64,000 nucleotides of DNA from the human T2T-CHM13v2.0 reference genome, Homo sapiens: the NCBI RefSeq assembly GCF_009914755.1, contig NC_060936.1. One strand, 5' to 3'. Below the pieces are notes generated by a model. The model was not told the DNA's origin. It saw nothing but the letters and a program-made list of their open reading frames with translations, and made no database searches. The translations under genes and the position numbers were made by a program. Numbering within the stretch: position 1 is the stretch's first letter; each line of letters opens with the position of its first letter. Of the stretch, positions 56,773 to 64,000 are shown piece after piece.

Positions 56773-57643
56773 GTGAGAGGCCGGGGTCGGGCGGCCGGGC
56801 GGCGCGAGGTCCTAGACCCAGGACGACGCTGAGCCAGGCGTCCAGCTTCTGTGGCTCAGTTTACCCAGCTCTGAGAGTCTTGCCCCGAGGGATCGGCGAC
56901 CTCAATCTGACAGTCGTGATTTTGAGCTTGACAAGCAAGGGGATTCCCCGCTCTGAGCCTCAGTTTTTCTAAGAAATGGGGATCACGATAGTACTTAGCT
57001 CATAGTACACCTGAATCTTAGCGTAAGGTAATCTACGTAAAGCCTTAAGCGGAGGATAATTTTGCGTTATGTATAAAAGTGTAAATTGCACACACCTATA
57101 GACCCTGCAAGCTCCTTTCTAGGACTCTGTCCTGCAGAAATACTCATTTAAGTGTGCAAAACGAGGCGTACTGGGTGTTTTCTGCAGCCTTGTTTATAAT
57201 TGTGACACATTGGAAACAGCCTAAATGTCCAGCAAAGAGTTCTTTCTGCTCCATGATTTCATGTAATTTCTACCTTTAATAGTAGTAGTTGTAAAAGCTG
57301 AAACGAAGAACAGAGCCAGTAATAAGTAGCTCTCAGTAATTGAATGATTAGTAGGTGCCAGACACCGCCAAGTGTTTCCCTTGCGTTAATTTAACCTTCC
57401 TAACATCCACCGAGGTAGGTACGGTTATTTTCTCTCCATATAACGTGTGGGGAAACCGAGGTTCTTAGCCATTTAAGTGAGTTAACTAAGATGACATCAC
57501 TGGGGAGTGGAAGAGCTGGCATTTGAACCCAGATCTGTTGGATGTGTCCAGTTGACTCCTTCATTGCCTTTCTGGTACGTAGCAAGTGCTGGACGGTAAC
57601 TACGTTTTTTGTTATTATGATGGGCTTGAACTAGGTGTTCTAA

Positions 57644-57811
<168 letters not shown>

Positions 57812-58321
57812 TAGAGCCTTTAAGGATTGGGTACCCCTTCTCCCTGATGCTAATTTTGTAAGAAGGTAAAAGGACACCCTGAGGCACAGCTTGGGAGCAG
57901 ATCAGAGAGATCAGGTTCTCCCCAGCCAGGCAAGGAAAAGATTTCTTATGCCCACTGAAGGGATTCTTGGGCCTCGCTCGGTATGATAGCAAAAAGATGA
58001 TTATAATATAAAGCCCTGTGAGTGGAATGAGATCACCTAGGAGTGAGCTTTGATGCAGAAGGAAAGAGGTTTGAGAACTGAGCTCCGGGGCACTAAGACA
58101 TTTAGAAGTTGGAAGGATGATCTAGCAAAGGAGTTGAAAACATCCATTATCTCATTTTACCCTTACAGCTACCCCCAAGGCATACCCTTTTATTATCCTA
58201 TTTTACAAATGTGCAAACTGAGGCTTAGGAGAGAAGTGGTAACTTGATCCAAGTCCTATATACCTTGGTAGAGCTTGGTGTGAACCTAAGTCTGTCTGAA
58301 ACCACCTCTGCTGCACTCTGC

Positions 58322-58585
58322 TTTTTTTTTTTTTTCCTGAGACAGTCTTGCTCTGTCACCGGAGTGCAATCTTGCGATCATGGCTCACTGCAGCCTCCAA
58401 CCTCAGCCTCCCAAGTAGCTGGGACCACAGGTGTGTACCACCATGCCCCACTAATTTTTTTCTTTTATTTTTCTGTAGAGACGTGGTCTGACACTACGCT
58501 GGTCTCAAACTCCTGGGCTCAAGTGATCCTCTTGCCTTGGCCTCCCAAAGTGCTGGGATTACAGATATGAGCCACCACACCTGGC
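58322..58585 (-). mobile_element. Alu (AluJ-like, internally deleted)
   Basis: Alu consensus. Confidence 0.88.
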
Positions 58586-58896
58586 TTCTCACTGCTATTC
58601 TTTATGTTCTTATATTTCTCATTGAAAACATGGTGATTATGGGGAAGTGATTCCTTGGTATTGAGAACCTCTGAAATTTTGCAGGCAGAAGGCAAAGTGG
58701 ATTTTAACTTTTAGCTGATCGATGGTGGCTGTGCCCAGGCTTAGTGGGAGAGCATGCCAAGGTTGATTAGCAGTGTCTGGCAAGGGCATGGCTAGGAGTG
58801 GCCTCTGTGCTTATGTTTGCTCTCTTCTTAGCACGTGGGTCCTGGCCCCTTTGCCACTCACCCTCAGGCTTATTGCTTTTGTCATTTATTCTATAG

Positions 58897-59172
<276 letters not shown>

Positions 59173-59471
59173 TAAAATTAGCTTCACTCATTTTATTTTT
59201 TTAAAATTTATAGGTGTAAAACAATGCATTGGATCTCTGTGGGCTGTTGTGGACAGATCATCAAGGCCTATTGTTGAGTGAAAAAAATGCAAAACAGCAA
59301 ACATACGTATTTAAGTATAAATATGTGTATAAATGATAGAAAAGGTCTCGGGGGCATAGACATCAGATTGGCAGTGGTGATTAGTTCTCCTGGGAGAGAC
59401 CTAGGGCCAGAGAGTAGACAAAGTGACACATGTTTTAAATAAGGAGAATATATTGGCATTTTGTATAATTA

Positions 59472-59786
<315 letters not shown>

Positions 59787-60389
59787 TTAATAAAAGTACA
59801 AGTTACCTATGCTTATTATTGGAAAATATAGTCAATACTGGGACATTGTAATTTTAAAAATCACCTATTATTTCCCTTCTCCTTTCCCTGACCCCAGTAA
59901 TGACTCTAAGCATTTAGGCATTAATCCTTCTGGGTGATTTTCTGTAGATTGATAGAAAGATTGATAGAGACAGGGAGATATCTTGGTTTTTTAACCAAAA
60001 TTGGGTCAGGCCATATAAACCATTCAGAAGTACTGATTTTTTCTTTGTGTGTCACGTGTGTGTGCTGATTTTTGACAGCACTGTGAAGATTTCATCCACT
60101 CATAAGCAGGCCAGCTTTTTCCATCAGTGGAGTCCCCTGTACCTGCCCCAGAGCTGACGTGTGTTTTCTCTGTTGTCAGTTTACTGTCTGCTCCCTGGGC
60201 TGAATGAAGCCTTGCTCTTTGGAACAGTGTTTCTCAGCCAGGATGGGGTAAATGAGAATCTTTTTGGGTTTTTTCCTTACACTGCACCTGAACCCTTGAC
60301 ACCTGCTTCCCATTCCCCATGAGAAACCACAGTCACTCCCATATGCCGTATGGGGATGGAGGAAGAGTTGAAAATTCTCATTTCACTTG

Positions 60390-60515
60390 TTGAGATGGGG
60401 TCTCACTGTGTTGCCCAGGCTGGTCTGGAACTCCTGGGCTCAAGCAGTTTTTCACTTTCCCACCTTGGGCTCCCAAAGTGCTGGGGTTACAGGTGAGAGC
60501 CACTGTGCCCAGCCA
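60390..60515 (-). mobile_element. Alu monomer (FLAM-like)
   Basis: Single-arm match. Confidence 0.85.
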
Positions 60516-60527
60516 AAATCCTCATTT

Positions 60528-60736
60528 TAGAGCAGCCCTTTTTAACTTCATCATATCTTGGAATCACCCAGGAGTTTTTTTGATGGTGGTGGTGGTTTTT
60601 TTTAACCAATACAGATGGATGGGCTCCTGGCTCCGCCCCTCTCTTATTGGGAGTTAGTAGTGGTGGTAGGAGTTTTTGAAAGGGGTTCCTTGGGTGATTC
60701 TGGGGACACCTCAGTTAAAAGCCACTCCTTTGGAGC
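60528..60736. mobile_element. MER5-like DNA transposon
   Basis: ggaatcacccaggag...aatacagatg...ggtgattctg...agccact. Confidence 0.55.
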
Positions 60737-61161
60737 GTGCATCTGAAAACAACCAGCCAGAGCACATGGAACTTGCTTTCCAAGGTGCACAGGGCCACCC
60801 AGCCAGACCAGAAATGTCTCCTGAGAACCAGCTGCAACTTGTGTATGTCAGTAGCTTGGGGTGGAAGCAGCCAGGTATGGGGGAACATGTCTCAGACCAC
60901 TCCAACTCCCTCAGTGAACCTGGGGCAGGTCACTTCATCCTCTGGGCCTCGGAGCAGAGACATGTTTCCTGACTGAGGGCTGCCGTGAGGATCCGACGAC
61001 ACTGGAGGCAGGCATTAGGGGTGCGACACAGAGTGCATTATGTAGGGAAGGGCTTGTTAGTTTTGGAGCTCTGGGAGACATACTATCTTCTAGGTTGCAA
61101 AGATCTACCATCTTTCTTTCAGTGTCCTTTTGCTCCCTCCTGATAGTAATAAACATTGAAC

Positions 61162-61290
61162 TTTTTTTTTTTTTTTAAGAGGCAGGGTCTTACTATGTTG
61201 CCCAGGCTGGTCCCAAATTCCTGGGCTCAAGTGTTCTTCTGCCTTAGCCTCCCGAGTAGCTGGGAATATAAGCACATACCACTGCACCGT
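61162..61290 (-). mobile_element. Alu monomer (FLAM/FAM-like)
   Basis: Single-arm match. Confidence 0.85.
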
Positions 61291-61951
61291 GCTACTACAG
61301 TGAACACTTATTGGGCACTTACGTGTGCCAGGCACTGTGTTCACATATGTTAGCACTCTTAGAATTCGCCAGCATTCCCTGGAAGTAGGTGGTGGTATTC
61401 ATCCCCATTGTACAGATCTGAAAATTAAAGTTCAGAGGTCAAGTGGCTCAGGTTACACTTGTTGGTGACACTGAAAGGATTCAGACCCAGGTTTCTCCTA
61501 GCCCCAAAGTCCAGGCTCTTAACAGCTGTTCCATCTCAATTACAAAGCTCTGAAATACCTGGGTTCTCAATGATGCCATGACTTGGCCATTTGAGTATAT
61601 CATTAATCCATTCAACACACATTTACCCAGTACTTAACCAGTGCCCGAAGTTTCCTAACACACGCATGCCCAATTCCATTTCCCAGTCCCTTGAGAATGT
61701 GACCTGAGGCTCAGCGAGTGATTTGTAAAGGTGAGCTGGCCAGAAAGGCTCTGCCTTCTCAGTGTCTCAGAGGAAAGTGGCCCAGGTTCCTGTACATCCC
61801 TGGGAACAACCTGCCTCACCTTCCCCTTCTGCCCAGGCACCGCCTCGCATTTACACTGTCCTATTCCTGATGATTATCTTTTGGAGGAGGGAAATATTTT
61901 GGGGGTTAACTTAACACTCTTTTGATTTTGGTTTTATACAATGGAAGGTGA

Positions 61952-62331
<380 letters not shown>

Positions 62332-62609
62332 CTTAAAACTACTGTTAATTAGCACTTACTACATGCCAGGTGCTGTGCTAAAAAGTTTACACCCCTTATT
62401 TAACTTTACGTTCCTGACAACCGTAAGAAGAGGCACTGTTGTTATCCCTGTTTTACCAAGGTGGGAAACAGGTTCAGGGAGGTTAAGTCACACGGCCAGT
62501 AAATGGCACAGTTGGGACTCAAACCCAAGTCTGCCTAAAGCCAATGAACAGACTTGGGTGTGGGGTTCAGACCATAAATTCGTGTCCATCCATGTTCCAA
62601 TTCCAGTGA

Positions 62610-63298
<689 letters not shown>

Positions 63299-64000
63299 GC
63301 CTCTCTGTTGTTGTTTTTGTTGTTTTTGTTTTTGTCCAGAACCCAAAGGGAAAAAAACCTCAAGGGGGCAGCCCTTCCCTTGAGCAGCAGATGCTGGCTC
63401 AGTGGCCAGGCTCTATGCTGAGGACACATTCGGAAACGGCCTGATACTTGCCGTCCGAAGCAGAATTTCAACTTGAGAGAGGCATGTCCCCTTAAGTGGG
63501 TGAGGGGCATTCCAGAATCTTCCAGGCTGGGTGGGGTGGGTACGTGGAATTTGAAGACGCACATTATTACAATTTTTCTATTTGGGAAATGGGAAAAGCA
63601 CTTCGTGGAAATTACCAAACATGAAGTTTGACAGTTCTTGCTTGGGGGAAATACATGTAAGATGTAGCGATTCGGACCTTTCTGGTGATCAAAAGCAGAC
63701 CCGTGTTACACATGGTTGGGGAGCACCGTCTGGCGGGAGAGGCCCCGGTGAACACACAATCCTAGTGTGCGGTGGTGAGGCAGCGGTGGAGGGAGGGAGG
63801 GCAGGCGGGGGTCCTAGAAGGGGAGCCAGGAGGGTCTTTGTGGGCAGCTACGGAAAGTGTCACAGTGGAAGCGACATTTGATAAGGCCTTGAGAGATGGG
63901 TAGGGATTTCTCTGTGGGATAAGGAGGTGCACGGCTATTGCAGGCAGAGGGGCCAGCCTGTGCTCAGAGCAGGCCCACAGAAAAGCCTAGCATGTGGGCA

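Overview
Primate, human-like genomic DNA from the UBE3B-MMAB-MVK locus (human 12q24.11 by gene content and order). Three known genes are present. (1) UBE3B (+): the last nine coding exons (HECT domain, 4059-17693) and the 3' UTR to about 19.6 kb. (2) MMAB (-): the complete 9-exon gene, CDS 56379 to 39919, 753 nt / 250 aa, with a proximal polyA signal at 39604 and distal signals near 36.6 kb. (3) MVK (+): non-coding exon 1 and coding exons 2-4, sharing a CpG-island bidirectional promoter with MMAB. All coding exon boundaries were read by eye as GT-AG, and the reading frames join correctly. This copy of MMAB encodes Gln19 and Lys239 where the reference protein, as I recall it, has Arg19 and Met239. 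The rest is repeat-rich: about 28 Alu copies, MIR/L1/L3 relics, MLT1/MST/MER90-like LTRs, MER20/MER5 DNA transposons and a U4 snRNA pseudogene. I see no new protein-coding system. The most interesting unexplained signals are a (TG)21 microsatellite in the position of the GU-rich downstream element of the proximal MMAB polyA site, a triple RFX X-box/CRE module in MMAB intron 1, a heavily decayed retroelement pol trace at 0.5-1.8 kb, an LTR-donated polyA site plus a candidate Cys-less terminal exon downstream of UBE3B, a 61-nt perfect purine-pyrimidine alternation, and several young tandem duplications. Repeat family names and reference comparisons come from memory of consensus sequences, not from a search.
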